64,000 bases of DNA from an uncultured Bacteroides sp. (GTDB taxonomy: Bacteria; Bacteroidota; Bacteroidia; Bacteroidales; Bacteroidaceae), in NCBI GenBank assembly GCA_947038155.1, contig CAMQVH010000013.1, forward strand, positions 317 to 64,316, written 5' to 3'. How positions within the stretch are numbered: the first letter of the stretch is position 1; each line of letters begins with the position of its first letter. The notes beneath the pieces were generated by a model. It did not search any database. It was not told where the DNA came from and was given only the letters and a program-made list of their open reading frames with translations. A program made the translations under genes and the position numbers. Below, piece after piece: positions 1-10,800 of this stretch.

Positions 1-824
1 TTTGCCAACTTAATCAGTGCCACATCGTCCGTATCATACCGGCTAAACGTAATATAAGCATTCCCCTTACGGAAATTCTTCTCTTCCACATTCGATTCTA
101 TGGAATAAGGAAGTTCGCTCTTGACGCAATAACGCAGAAAACCATCAATGACCTGCTGCGCATGAATCGCTTCCGGACGTGCTATCAGAATCAGTTTCTC
201 ATAATTCTTCAATCTATCCTGCAATTGCAGAAGACTGCAATAAATATCATAGCCATAATCCTGATAGATGCAACTATAGTTACCACTCAATCCCTGCTGA
301 TTATAATCTATGATTATTCTCTTCTCCGCCGGAATCAGGTTCAAGACATCCGTCACATCTTCTTTCAGGAAAGTAGCTATAATATAATGTGTATAATTAC
401 CCAGATTCTCCTTGATAAGCTTTTCAAAAACCTTATAGTTATGATGATGAAAGTAAATATCAATATCCCCTACATCTTTCAAAGCATTGAAAATAGAGCG
501 ATAAATCTGTTCACGCATCACGTTCATCTTATCCAATAACAAAAACACATGATAAGAATGATTTATAGATATTTTTTTCACAAAATACCCCTTCCTGTAA
601 ATCGCTTCGATGACTCCCATCTCCAATAAGTAGTTCAGCCCCTTCAACAAAGTCTCCTTACTCATGTGCAATTGTGTCTGTAATTGGTTCAATGAAGGTA
701 TCTGGTCACCTATCTGAAGAGTCCCGTCTTCAATCAGTGAATTAATATAATCCACTAATTGAAGGTACTTCATCCGTGAAGCGGGTTTCTTCTGTTCTGT
801 TACATCAAGATTCTGGTTCTGCAT
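1..824 (-). CDS. GntR-family transcriptional regulator (N-terminal wHTH plus sugar-binding-like domain), 3' end runs off the window
   Basis: Manual translation of the minus strand from ATG at 824: MQNQNLDVTEQKKPASRMKYLQLVDYINSLIEDGTLQIGDQIPSLNQLQTQLHMSKETLLKGLNYLLEMGVIEAIYRKGYFV (GntR HTH pattern), then open to position 1. Absent from the ORF track because it has no stop in the window. Confidence 0.85.
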   Translation of the reverse strand, partial: MQNQNLDVTEQKKPASRMKYLQLVDYINSLIEDGTLQIGDQIPSLNQLQTQLHMSKETLLKGLNYLLEMGVIEAIYRKGYFVKKISINHSYHVFLLLDKMNVMREQIYRSIFNALKDVGDIDIYFHHHNYKVFEKLIKENLGNYTHYIIATFLKEDVTDVLNLIPAEKRIIIDYNQQGLSGNYSCIYQDYGYDIYCSLLQLQDRLKNYEKLILIARPEAIHAQQVIDGFLRYCVKSELPYSIESNVEEKNFRKGNAYITFSRYDTDDVALIKLA

Positions 825-852
825 TACTACCAAGAGTTAAATAAATATTTAG

Positions 853-860
853 CAAATATA
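853..860 (-). promoter_or_regulatory. Bacteroides sigma-A -7 element (TATATTTG) for the GntR gene
   Basis: Matches TAnnTTTG about 30 bp upstream of the ATG at 824. Confidence 0.55.
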
Positions 861-911
861 CTTAAATACCATGATAAAGCAATATTAATATCTCATTCAA
901 AATATCTTGAA

Positions 912-3194
912 CTATTCATAGCACTTCACCGCAAACAAAGCTGCCGGAATCATTTCTGAAGGATGCTCCAACACAATTTTAATCTCATCGGTCACCAGTT
1001 TCTCCGGAAATACAAACTCATTTATCGACTGATGGTTGTCTGTTTTCTCATAAATCAACCGGTTCTCTCCATCGTATATTTTATATTTCTCCACACAGAA
1101 AGGCATCTTATTCTCCGGATGCGTCATCTGAACCGTTTCCATCGGCTGGTCAAAATCCGTATCAAAAAAGAGAGACATCTTTCCGATATGTACAGCCGAG
1201 TCCCATTTGATGGTCAAAGCCGGAGCAGGGTCATCCAACTCTGCAACCCAAGCATTCGGCGACTGAACCGGACGGTCAATGCCATTATTAATATCTGAAA
1301 CAGAAAAAATATGGCAGTCCTTTTCCAACAGGACAGCGATATTATGCCCTCCGGGTCTGCGCTTCGGACACCAGAACTCAAATTCCTCAATGCCGATATC
1401 TTCTTTAGGAGTCTGCTTCCCAAAATTGGATACAGCCTCATTAATGGTGTTAAACACAGACAAAACTCCAGTTATCCTTTCCTGAGTATATTGCAATTGC
1501 ACCAGAGGATTTTTCTTGAAAACAAGGAAAGCATACTGTTCTTCCGGTATCACGGCTTCAAAAGTCAGCTCCAACTGTTGCCTGCCTTGGCACAAGGAGA
1601 CTGTCTTCGCTTCCAAAGTAACATCCGGAGTATGATTGAACGGTTTGCTGCTTACACGAAGCTCTACTTCCAACTCTGTCACTTCGGAAACAGCAAGTCC
1701 AACTTTCACCATTCCCAACACATCCCCTTTATGTAAAGGTATCATTTGAGCAACAGACTCATCCAAAACCTGCATCCCACCATCAGCCGGAAAACCCTTA
1801 AAACGATATTCACTGGATGCAGACAAAGTGGCTTTCGCTACCAGATTCTCCTCATCTTTTATAGCCATATCAGGGATATATTGACCCATTCTTGATAATT
1901 TCGCCTGCAATTCAGGCACTCTTCCCAAAGAATAGACTTCCCTCGGAGAGATATTCTCTTTCAGACAAATAGCCGCAGCCATCGCAACAGCCTGTGCACT
2001 GTGCGCAGAAGTAGCCATCACACGGGTCGAGCCGAAAGCGACGTGTGATGTACTTATGATTCTTCCGGCAAGGAAAAGATTGTCAATGCCCCTGCTGTAA
2101 AGACAACGATAAGGAATCTGATATACCCCTTTCGAGTGCCACTGGTTACAGGCCGACTCTTCTCCGAACACACCGGCTGCCGGATGCAAATCAATACTCC
2201 ATCCACCATAGGAAACCGCATCCTCATGATGTCTTTGCTCTATGACATCCTGCTGAACCAGCATATAGTCGCCTTCAAACCTTCTGCTCTCCCGCTTTCC
2301 AGGAATACAGCCTACCCACTCCAGTGTCATAGTCTCCGCTTCCGGATATCTGCCCGAGTTCTTGATATAATCCCAAGCACCATAAATAACTTTCCACAAT
2401 TCCCACTTAATTTGCTCCGTATCATGCACTGTGTCCAAGTCGCCTCCGTATTCAACCCACCATAGTTTACAGCCATGTTCCTTTGCATTGAAACTACGGA
2501 ACCGCGGAACAGTCTTCGTCACATCCATCGCATAAGAAGGAGCCACATATTTCACCGGATGACCGGTATCCTTTGTATAGAAGTACAGGCTGTGCCCCAA
2601 AAGCTCGCCATAATCCTCGGCCGGTGCAAACTTTTCGCCAAACTCCTCTCTGCTCTCCGCTCCCATGCGATAAGGAGCCCCAGAAAGGAAACCGACAACA
2701 CCGTCACCGGAAGCATCACAAAACAAAGGTGCAGACACTTCGTACATGGTGCTGTTCTGGCTACAGAATCCCCGGACACTTTCTATTTTATGGCTGGAAC
2801 TCTTTTTCACCTCATACACGCAGGTATTCAGCAATAAAGTTATATTTGGTTCGCTCACCACCTTGTCAAGCATGACAGAATCAAAGATTATCGGATTGCC
2901 TTCCGGGTTGCGGAACGTATTCTCCACCATAATCTCATCTATCACACCACCTTCACGTGCCCAGCGATTATTATTTCCCATGTGAGAAGTTGCTCCGAGC
3001 ATCCACAGCCTTATCTCGCTGGAACCATTTCCTCCCAGTACCGGACGATCTTGTATAAGCACCACTTTCAAGCCTTGCCGAGCCGCGGTTATGGCAGCAC
3101 AAACCCCTGAAATACCTCCGCCTACTATTACAAAATCAGCCTGAATCGTATCTGTCTTAAATATTCTCACACTATTAAACTTATCAAGTACCAT
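912..3194 (-). CDS. FAD-dependent oxidoreductase (FAD_oxidored/PF12831-like) with C-terminal beta-sandwich; no signal peptide
   Basis: Rossmann motif VIVGGGISGVCAAITAAR, LGGNGSSE, DASGDG, GKRESRRFEGDY, IPYRCLYS and STRVMAT motifs typical of this family. Confidence 0.85.
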   Translation of the reverse strand: MVLDKFNSVRIFKTDTIQADFVIVGGGISGVCAAITAARQGLKVVLIQDRPVLGGNGSSEIRLWMLGATSHMGNNNRWAREGGVIDEIMVENTFRNPEGNPIIFDSVMLDKVVSEPNITLLLNTCVYEVKKSSSHKIESVRGFCSQNSTMYEVSAPLFCDASGDGVVGFLSGAPYRMGAESREEFGEKFAPAEDYGELLGHSLYFYTKDTGHPVKYVAPSYAMDVTKTVPRFRSFNAKEHGCKLWWVEYGGDLDTVHDTEQIKWELWKVIYGAWDYIKNSGRYPEAETMTLEWVGCIPGKRESRRFEGDYMLVQQDVIEQRHHEDAVSYGGWSIDLHPAAGVFGEESACNQWHSKGVYQIPYRCLYSRGIDNLFLAGRIISTSHVAFGSTRVMATSAHSAQAVAMAAAICLKENISPREVYSLGRVPELQAKLSRMGQYIPDMAIKDEENLVAKATLSASSEYRFKGFPADGGMQVLDESVAQMIPLHKGDVLGMVKVGLAVSEVTELEVELRVSSKPFNHTPDVTLEAKTVSLCQGRQQLELTFEAVIPEEQYAFLVFKKNPLVQLQYTQERITGVLSVFNTINEAVSNFGKQTPKEDIGIEEFEFWCPKRRPGGHNIAVLLEKDCHIFSVSDINNGIDRPVQSPNAWVAELDDPAPALTIKWDSAVHIGKMSLFFDTDFDQPMETVQMTHPENKMPFCVEKYKIYDGENRLIYEKTDNHQSINEFVFPEKLVTDEIKIVLEHPSEMIPAALFAVKCYE

Positions 3195-3237
3195 CTTCTC
3201 GTATCTAATTAATTTTACTTCTATTTTAGCTCTAAAC

Positions 3238-5733
3238 CTACTTTTCTATCTTTATTACCTTACGTAACCGGATGTCATCGGACGCACTTCCAACAAGTAT
3301 TTCATAACTTCCCGCATCATAATCAAAGTCTTTCAATTCCGTTTTGTAATAGGAGAAAGCAGCCTTGTCCAAAGTTATTTCCATTTCCTGCCCGGTGTTT
3401 TTTCTGATAAAATGCTTGGCAAACCCTTTAAGCTCCTTATAAGGTCTTTCGACTTTCGGATGGATAGGGCGAACATATACCTGGGCCGTTTCCGAGCCGT
3501 CATATTTCCCTGTATTCTTTACAGTAAACCTGACCTTAACCAGCAAGTCTTTGCCTTTCTCCCTGTTTACACGCAAGTCAGAGTATTTGAACGTGGTATA
3601 AGACAATCCATAACCGAACGCAAATTGAGGTTTCGTATCACTGACATCGTAATGCCTGTAACCCATGAAAAGTCCCTCTTTATACTCTACCCGTTTATCA
3701 CCATCCGCATCATAGTAATATGGATAAGCCGGATTATCCTCCCATTTCTTTTCAAAAGAGACGGGTAACTTTCCACTGGGATTCACTTTCCCGAACAGGA
3801 TTTCAGCAACAGCCGTCCCGCCTTCCTGACCGGCATACCACAGATGCAACAAGGAAGGAACCTTATCTATCCATTTCGACATATCCACATTCCCGCCGGC
3901 ATTCAGCAGCACAACCGTATTCGGATTGGCAGCAGTGATACACTGCACTAAACTATCCTGATACTCGGGCAACTCGAAAGGCCGGTCATTACTTTCACGT
4001 TCACTGCTCTCATTAAATCCTATATTCACAATAGCCACATCGGACTTTCCGGCAATTTCCACAGCCTCATCAAAGAGTAGCTTATCCTCTCTCCATCCGA
4101 AAGAAATATCAACAGGATGCACATTAGCAAAATATTCAAGAACAACAGGATATTCCTTACCGGCTTCCATCGCCAATACAACCTCACGAGTTGTTATCCC
4201 CTGGTCTCTCCACTCATTAATCACCATTTCCGTACCGACTTTCAAACGGAACCCGTCGAACCCTCTGACTATGAACCGATAATCAGCGCTTTTCTCCGGA
4301 CGTACAACTCCACTCCAACGCATGGAACAGTGGTCATACGGAATGCCTTTATTCTCGGCAGCAATATGCCAGCCATTGCCAATATTGACAATCGTGTCTA
4401 TCACAGTTTTTGCCGGTGTACCCTTCAAACGGATATTATCAAAATATTCGGCCTTTAGTCCTTTAGTCCGGCTTCCCGCTTCTGTGTAAAAAACTGCATT
4501 GGCAACCGTTTCTGTCAAAGTAGGCACGCCGGGCGCATAAGAAATCTGAAGATCCTGTCCGACATTCTTCAACCCCTCCAATACCGAAACAGAATGGAAC
4601 GGGAATGTATAAGAACTCCCACCTCCCGATATATAAGAGTTCGCATTGGGGCCAATCACGGCAACCGACTTCACTTTTGAAGGGTTCAACGGAAGTAGCC
4701 CATTCTCATTCTTCAATAATACAACGCCTTCTCTAGCCAGTTCCAATGCCACTTTTGCCGCTTCCGGGTTATTATATGGAATAGAACTATCCAATTGCTC
4801 ATTATCAAAAAAGCCGAACCGGAACATAACTCTCAGGATTCTCTTCACTTTCTCATCAATAGTTGCTTCCTTCACTTTCCCGGCTTTTATCGCAGGAATC
4901 AGATTCTCCTTATTCATCCACTTTCCACGCGGCATCTCCAAGTCCAGACCACCATTGGCCGCACCGACAGCGTCATACGTAGCCGACCAGTCACTCATTA
5001 CAATTCCATCAAATCCCCATTGTTTTCTCAACACTTGATTATTCAAATAATCATTCTGCGTGGCATGAACCCCATTCACCGGGTTATAGCTATCCATAAC
5101 GGCGCCCGCACCCGCTTCCTGAATGGCAGCCTTATATACGGGCAGATAAATTTCATGCAACACCCGCTCGTCAATGTCACTACTTACATTGTTGCGATCC
5201 CATTCCTGGTTGTTTGCAGCATAATGTTTCAGAGTAGCCACTACCCTCTGATCCTGCAATCCTTTGACATAACCTATTGCCACCTGAGAGTTCAGGTACG
5301 GGTCTTCCGTAAAATACTCAAAGTTTCTTCCACACAAAGGAGAACGAAGAATATTCACACCGGGACCTAATAATATATGTACGCCACGCGCCCTTGAGTC
5401 TCTTCCCAATTGTTTTCCTAATTCATATGCCAGTTCCCTGTTCCAGGTCGAAGCAGTCAGCACCCCTGCCGGATAAGCTGTCGACTTACCGTCTTTATGC
5501 GTACCGACAGGCCCGTCCGTCAGTTTTATTTCGGGAACGCCCAGACGTTCGATTCCCCTTATATAAAAGCCTTTATAACCTCCTATATAATCTAGTTTTT
5601 CTTCCAATGTCATGCGGTGGAGCAAATCATTCGTCCTATCCTCCACAGAAGCTGTCTTATCTTTGTATATCTGAGCAAAGCCGCTCATAGAAAAACAACT
5701 TAAAATTCCAACGATCACTAAATGCTTCATCAT
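3238..5733 (-). CDS. GH3 beta-glycosidase with PA14 insertion and C-terminal Fn3-like domain, secreted
   Basis: GRNFEYFTEDP, KHYAAN, MSDW nucleophile motif, PA14-like GLKAEYF...SMRWSG, C-terminal KELKGF; signal peptide. Confidence 0.93.
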   Translation of the reverse strand: MMKHLVIVGILSCFSMSGFAQIYKDKTASVEDRTNDLLHRMTLEEKLDYIGGYKGFYIRGIERLGVPEIKLTDGPVGTHKDGKSTAYPAGVLTASTWNRELAYELGKQLGRDSRARGVHILLGPGVNILRSPLCGRNFEYFTEDPYLNSQVAIGYVKGLQDQRVVATLKHYAANNQEWDRNNVSSDIDERVLHEIYLPVYKAAIQEAGAGAVMDSYNPVNGVHATQNDYLNNQVLRKQWGFDGIVMSDWSATYDAVGAANGGLDLEMPRGKWMNKENLIPAIKAGKVKEATIDEKVKRILRVMFRFGFFDNEQLDSSIPYNNPEAAKVALELAREGVVLLKNENGLLPLNPSKVKSVAVIGPNANSYISGGGSSYTFPFHSVSVLEGLKNVGQDLQISYAPGVPTLTETVANAVFYTEAGSRTKGLKAEYFDNIRLKGTPAKTVIDTIVNIGNGWHIAAENKGIPYDHCSMRWSGVVRPEKSADYRFIVRGFDGFRLKVGTEMVINEWRDQGITTREVVLAMEAGKEYPVVLEYFANVHPVDISFGWREDKLLFDEAVEIAGKSDVAIVNIGFNESSERESNDRPFELPEYQDSLVQCITAANPNTVVLLNAGGNVDMSKWIDKVPSLLHLWYAGQEGGTAVAEILFGKVNPSGKLPVSFEKKWEDNPAYPYYYDADGDKRVEYKEGLFMGYRHYDVSDTKPQFAFGYGLSYTTFKYSDLRVNREKGKDLLVKVRFTVKNTGKYDGSETAQVYVRPIHPKVERPYKELKGFAKHFIRKNTGQEMEITLDKAAFSYYKTELKDFDYDAGSYEILVGSASDDIRLRKVIKIEK

Positions 5734-5749
5734 TCTATTTTACTATTTG

Positions 5750-7801
5750 TTATTTAATATATTTGGAGATAACCTTTTTCCACACAGCGTACCCTTCGGC
5801 AGTCAGATGTAGCCCATCTTCCCGATAATGCTCCGGAAACAATTCTCCGTCCGCTGTAAACATCGGGGTATATATATCAGCGTAGGCAGCATTCGTTTGT
5901 TGCTCCACAAATTCTTTTATCAAGGCATTTGTCTGCTCTATCCTTTTCTTATCCTTCAATCTCCGTACAGACGGTTTGATAGAGATAAAGACAAGCTCCG
6001 CTTCCGGCTTTTCCTTCCGGAGAATAAAGAATAGCCTCTTGATCTGAGCCAGTATTTCGTCCGGAGTCCATTTGTAGCCAATATCATTGTCCCCTTCGTA
6101 AACAAAAATCTGCTTAGGTTGATAAGGGCTTATCAGGCGGTCTTTATAATTAATCAAATCTATCGTCTTCGTGCCGGAAACACCCCGGTTAAGTACCGGC
6201 TTCCCGGGAAAATCATCCGCCAGGGATTTCCAGTTCTCCATCGTCGAGCTACCCACAAAAAGGATCAAGTCCTTTGTCGGCGGATTGACGGAATCCGCTT
6301 TCTCATAACGCCTCATCTTCTGATCCCACTTCAGTTGTTGTGCCAGTTTAGGCACTCCCTTTACGCGTTCACACGGAACAGGCTTGCCACGCAAAAGTAT
6401 CCTGCCCAAATAGATTACGGACTGGTCATACTTTTCGGGATGTGCCGTTATATCCTCCCATTGCTTACTGCCGAGTATTTTTTTCTTGTCAGCCTTCTCC
6501 GAAGAAATCCGGACAGTCACCTGATGAACACCTTTATCTAACTTAATCACGTCATATTGTCCGCGATAGCGATTGTTACACCAGGAATTAAAACGATTCA
6601 ACGTATAATTCCCGATACGGTCATTCGCTTCATACAGATGAAAACCTTTAGTACCCACCTCTTTCAACTGAACAAATTTTCCGTCAACCAGAACTTCCAC
6701 CTGTCCTACCTCCGGACCGCCAATATCAAACAATCCGAGCATATCCCCCTCAAAGCCAAAGGAAAACGACGCCCCTTCCTTACTGCCGGTCATCACTGTA
6801 TCAAACCATCCGGCAAATTTCTTTAAAGAAGGGTTCTCTGACGTATTCACTTCTTTCCATGACCTGTCAAAAGAAGCAATCTGTGAAGGAATATACATTT
6901 CGGCTTCTTCCCATTCCGAACCGATTAACGGTTCCGGAAGCCTATGTGCCTGCAAAGCACCATTTCCCTTCCGTATCTTCTCTAATCCGCGGGCAATGGC
7001 GGATGCATACAAATTTCCTCCCTCAGCGACAGGGTGAATCCCGTCATTAGAAAACAGAATCTTCCCGGCAGCCACCTCTTTATTACCTTTCCAAAGCAGC
7101 TTACCCGCCTTTTCGAGTGTTGCCGCCTCCATTCCCAAATGAATGGAAGGGAGTTGATAATGTGCGGCTATGTCTTCCAGTCCCTTAATCACCTGCGGAA
7201 TATCCCCTTTCTGATAAGTAGTAATCTGGTTCGTATAAACCGTATAAATCAAACAAATATCCGTATGAGGATTCTCTTTTATAATCTTTCGGAGCATCCC
7301 TTCCATGCCATCCGGATAACCGCCGTTTACTGCAAATTCAATAAAAATGAGATCCGGCTTGTATTGCAACACCTGTTCACGAATCCGGAAAGCGCCCAAA
7401 TCCGTCCCCGTACCGGACACCCCGGCATTAATCCACTTAAAACGGGCATTGGAAAAAGCATTTTCCATATACCGGGTGGTTTGCAAACGATAGCAATATT
7501 CTCCTTGTGTAATGCTTCCACCGATAAAGGCAACTGTGACTTCCTGTCCTTTCTTTATTTTTGAATAGAAATTGGGAAGTCCCTTTCTTACTGTACATTC
7601 TTTTTCATTATAATAACCGCCAGGTTGTATCAATGGAATTTCCTTATCCGCCGTTGTGTACACCAAAGGCGAAGCTCCTCCCTGCGAAGCGGCAATCTTG
7701 TCCAAATCAGCCCGGCTCTGTCCATAAGCGCAGGGAAGTACGGTCATTAGCGCCATTCCTGCAAGAACAGTTCCCAGTTGTCGTATTTTTATCATCTTCA
7801 T
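5750..7801 (-). CDS. Secreted two-domain SGNH/GDSL hydrolase (probable carbohydrate esterase)
   Basis: Domain 1: FIGGSIT, NAGVSGT, EFAVN, DGIHP. Domain 2: FVGSST, NRGVSG, YEGDND, DGLH. 4-bp ATGA overlap with the upstream gene. Confidence 0.85.
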   Translation of the reverse strand: MKMIKIRQLGTVLAGMALMTVLPCAYGQSRADLDKIAASQGGASPLVYTTADKEIPLIQPGGYYNEKECTVRKGLPNFYSKIKKGQEVTVAFIGGSITQGEYCYRLQTTRYMENAFSNARFKWINAGVSGTGTDLGAFRIREQVLQYKPDLIFIEFAVNGGYPDGMEGMLRKIIKENPHTDICLIYTVYTNQITTYQKGDIPQVIKGLEDIAAHYQLPSIHLGMEAATLEKAGKLLWKGNKEVAAGKILFSNDGIHPVAEGGNLYASAIARGLEKIRKGNGALQAHRLPEPLIGSEWEEAEMYIPSQIASFDRSWKEVNTSENPSLKKFAGWFDTVMTGSKEGASFSFGFEGDMLGLFDIGGPEVGQVEVLVDGKFVQLKEVGTKGFHLYEANDRIGNYTLNRFNSWCNNRYRGQYDVIKLDKGVHQVTVRISSEKADKKKILGSKQWEDITAHPEKYDQSVIYLGRILLRGKPVPCERVKGVPKLAQQLKWDQKMRRYEKADSVNPPTKDLILFVGSSTMENWKSLADDFPGKPVLNRGVSGTKTIDLINYKDRLISPYQPKQIFVYEGDNDIGYKWTPDEILAQIKRLFFILRKEKPEAELVFISIKPSVRRLKDKKRIEQTNALIKEFVEQQTNAAYADIYTPMFTADGELFPEHYREDGLHLTAEGYAVWKKVISKYIK

Positions 7802-10800
7802 TTTGAATTAAGTATTATTTCCTTCGTTTTATCTGTCTGTCCTTTCGATTTCACCGTTACTTTGACAACGGCCTTCTCGTCCATCTTCAATTTATAAAAA
7901 CTCCATTCGAACGGATAAGAAGCAACCGTGCAAGCCTGTCCGTTACATTCCACCGCAACGGACATTTCTCTATCCTTAGCCGGTGCAGTTTCAGCGAATC
8001 CATACACAGAATCCCATCCGAACGGAGAACGGATACGGAATAAGAACACCTTACCGAAAGGTTCTCCCATATCAACCACCTCCATTCCATTCTTCAATAC
8101 AGGATAACGGGGCTCTTTGCGAGGTTCGGCCAAAGGAAACGCCAAAGCCCTGAAACCTTTTCCCGGAACAGAAACCTTAACCGTATTTCCAGTCCTGCTT
8201 ATCTTTGCCGTTTTCCCCTTCTCCGTATATTGTACAATATCACCCTGACCTACTAATCCGGCAACCGCGTCCAAACGGACAGTCAATGATTCTTCCTGTT
8301 CGGACTCACCGGACAGAATCACCCAGAAATATTTATCGGAAACCGCAGTCAGATAATTTACTGTCGGATTATCCACTTGAACCAATCCTTTCTTTGTCCA
8401 AAGTTTCGCCTTGCTGTCTCCAAATATCTTCCCTTTCTCATTTCCGTAGATACGGTTTGTAAACCAGACAAAGCCTTCCTGCTTGCAGGATTGGAAATAG
8501 ATATTCCCCCTGGAACGTTCTATCGCCTCAGACACCAGATAATCCCACGTAAATGCCAAATGGGGCGGAATATGATGGTAATAGATAGAGCTTACATCCG
8601 GCCCCTTATAAGGAAAATCCGGCGACAGGGTAATGTCCGTATATCCGGTGGCATAATATCCCGGATAATTTGTAAATCGCCCGATGACTCCATTCCGGGC
8701 ATAAGTCTCATAAATAGGTTTACGAGTATATTGAAAGAGACGAAGCAGATGAGGAGCCCAGTTGCTCATAAAGACCGGACGCACTTGTTTCCCCTTTGTC
8801 CGCAGGAAATAAGTCGAAGGCTGTTCAAACCCCAGTCCGACCGGCGAAACAAGCCATTCCGGCACTTGCTTCTCCTGTGCATCATTCGCCACGCGGGGGA
8901 ATCCCAGGCGGAATTTCTCTTTCCCTTTCCACCACAGGTTTGTATTTCCATCAAAACGGTTTCCCGGATGAATCGTCTGCGAACCTTCATTTACCGCAGG
9001 GTAACTTCTGATACCCGCAATCGTATTAGAAGCGCCGTATTGTGCCGCTTTCAGATATTTCTCTTCTTTTGTCAACTCATACAGATCAATCAGATCCCAC
9101 CACGGAGCATACACATTCGTATTATAAAAAGACATCAGACCTACCGGTTGGGATGAGTTCCTGTATATCTGCAAGTCTATATACCGGTCGGCCGTAGAAG
9201 TAGCCATCCGTTTCCATTTCTCATCTCCTGTAAGGTTATAGGCAGATATTGCCTGCACCCACGAGAGAACCTGCGTAGAATATCCCTTTGTTTTCCTCAA
9301 GGTATCACCCGGCAAGGCGATGGAAGTCAGCCACGGGTTCAACCCTCCCAAAAGACGATGCAAGCCTTCGTAATAAGAAGTGTTGAACTGCGAATGAAAA
9401 GGATTGAGCCGGAGTGTCTCAAGCGTTTTGTTATATCCGCCCGGCACCAAGTCCGTAGCCCATCTGTATCCGCTCCGGGACAATGTATATTCTATTGTCG
9501 GCAAAGAGCGTGACAGATAAAACTCTTCATCTTCCGAGAAGACAGAAGCAGCGACAATAGCCAAAGGAGCAGCGTGCACTACCGTCGGAGCCGTTTCCGG
9601 ATCTCCTTCAATATCATAGAACCCTTTAAGACCTGCATCCCAACCGCCATACTCTTCGTTACGCATCAAATCCAGTATATTGAACATTGCTTCAGTCAGT
9701 GATACATCCTTTTGTTTTCTGTAATCTTTCACCTTATATACTTGCTCCGAAATATATTCCACCGCCTCATTCCAGCCCGTCGGAAGTATGCCCACCACAA
9801 ACTTACGCTCAATCACCTGCCCTGCCTTCACGCGGGAGTCCTTCATCCCCATCACGGGAGCAAAAGCCACCGGCTGAACTACATTCTGTTCATTCTTGAC
9901 GGAGAATCCCATCGGAGAGAAATCCACACTTCCCCATTCCTGCGGGAAAGTCGTATCGTCTCCGCATATAAATGACGACATCACTCCGCCCAAAGGCGTG
10001 GTAGATTCAGCAATAGCCAACGGTTGTTGCATCATCGAAGAAAGCATCATCACCGGATGTGAAGAAACACGCTTATACTGAAACATCGGCGGAAGAAGCA
10101 GGTTGCTCATATTCGGCTGGGGCACAGGCTGGAAAGCTGAAAGCCCCATACTGTACATTCCGTCTGTAGCCGGACGACAGGACAACCTCACCTCGATATG
10201 ATTTCCTTTGGCGGGCAGCGTCCAGTAACCCGTGACGGTAGAGCCGTTCTTCGTGATATACTGTACTTCAATAGTCTTATTATCCTTGTTCACCGCTTTC
10301 ACCGGAATGGCCTCGCTAAGAACTCCCGCCACATAAGGATTCAGATAATCCTCGTCAGACTGCACCGTGTATTCTTTCCCCCCTACGGTAAATGTCCTTT
10401 TCGATACCGCATTCTTCCAGGAAGGAAAGAATTTATCATTATCCACCGGACTTTGCTCCGCAGTGATAAGAAACACCTTATGATCTTCCATAGTAGACAG
10501 GAAACGGCGCCAGATTCCCTTCACCTTGATTTCCGTCCGACAAGCAATCGCCTGGTTATTCACTCCGGCTTTTACAAAACTCAACCGGATATCCGGATTC
10601 TCTATATTAGCCACCATTTCCGCATCAGGCGACAATAAAAGCGGAGTAGACACATTGTCGAAACCCGCTCCTTTCGTTTCTACCTTAACGGGATTTTTTC
10701 TCCACTTTCCAATCTCCTTCCTATCCATCTCATTGGGATTGACAGAATGATCTTTCACCAATAGAATCGCATCACATCGGCCGAAGTTCTTTTTCGTATC

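Noticed and set aside
162-539. 125-aa plus-strand ORF, and suspected frameshifts in the GntR gene
   Set aside because: The ORF is antisense to the GntR gene. Recounting the T7 run at 572-578 and the 230-250 region shows the GntR frame is intact.
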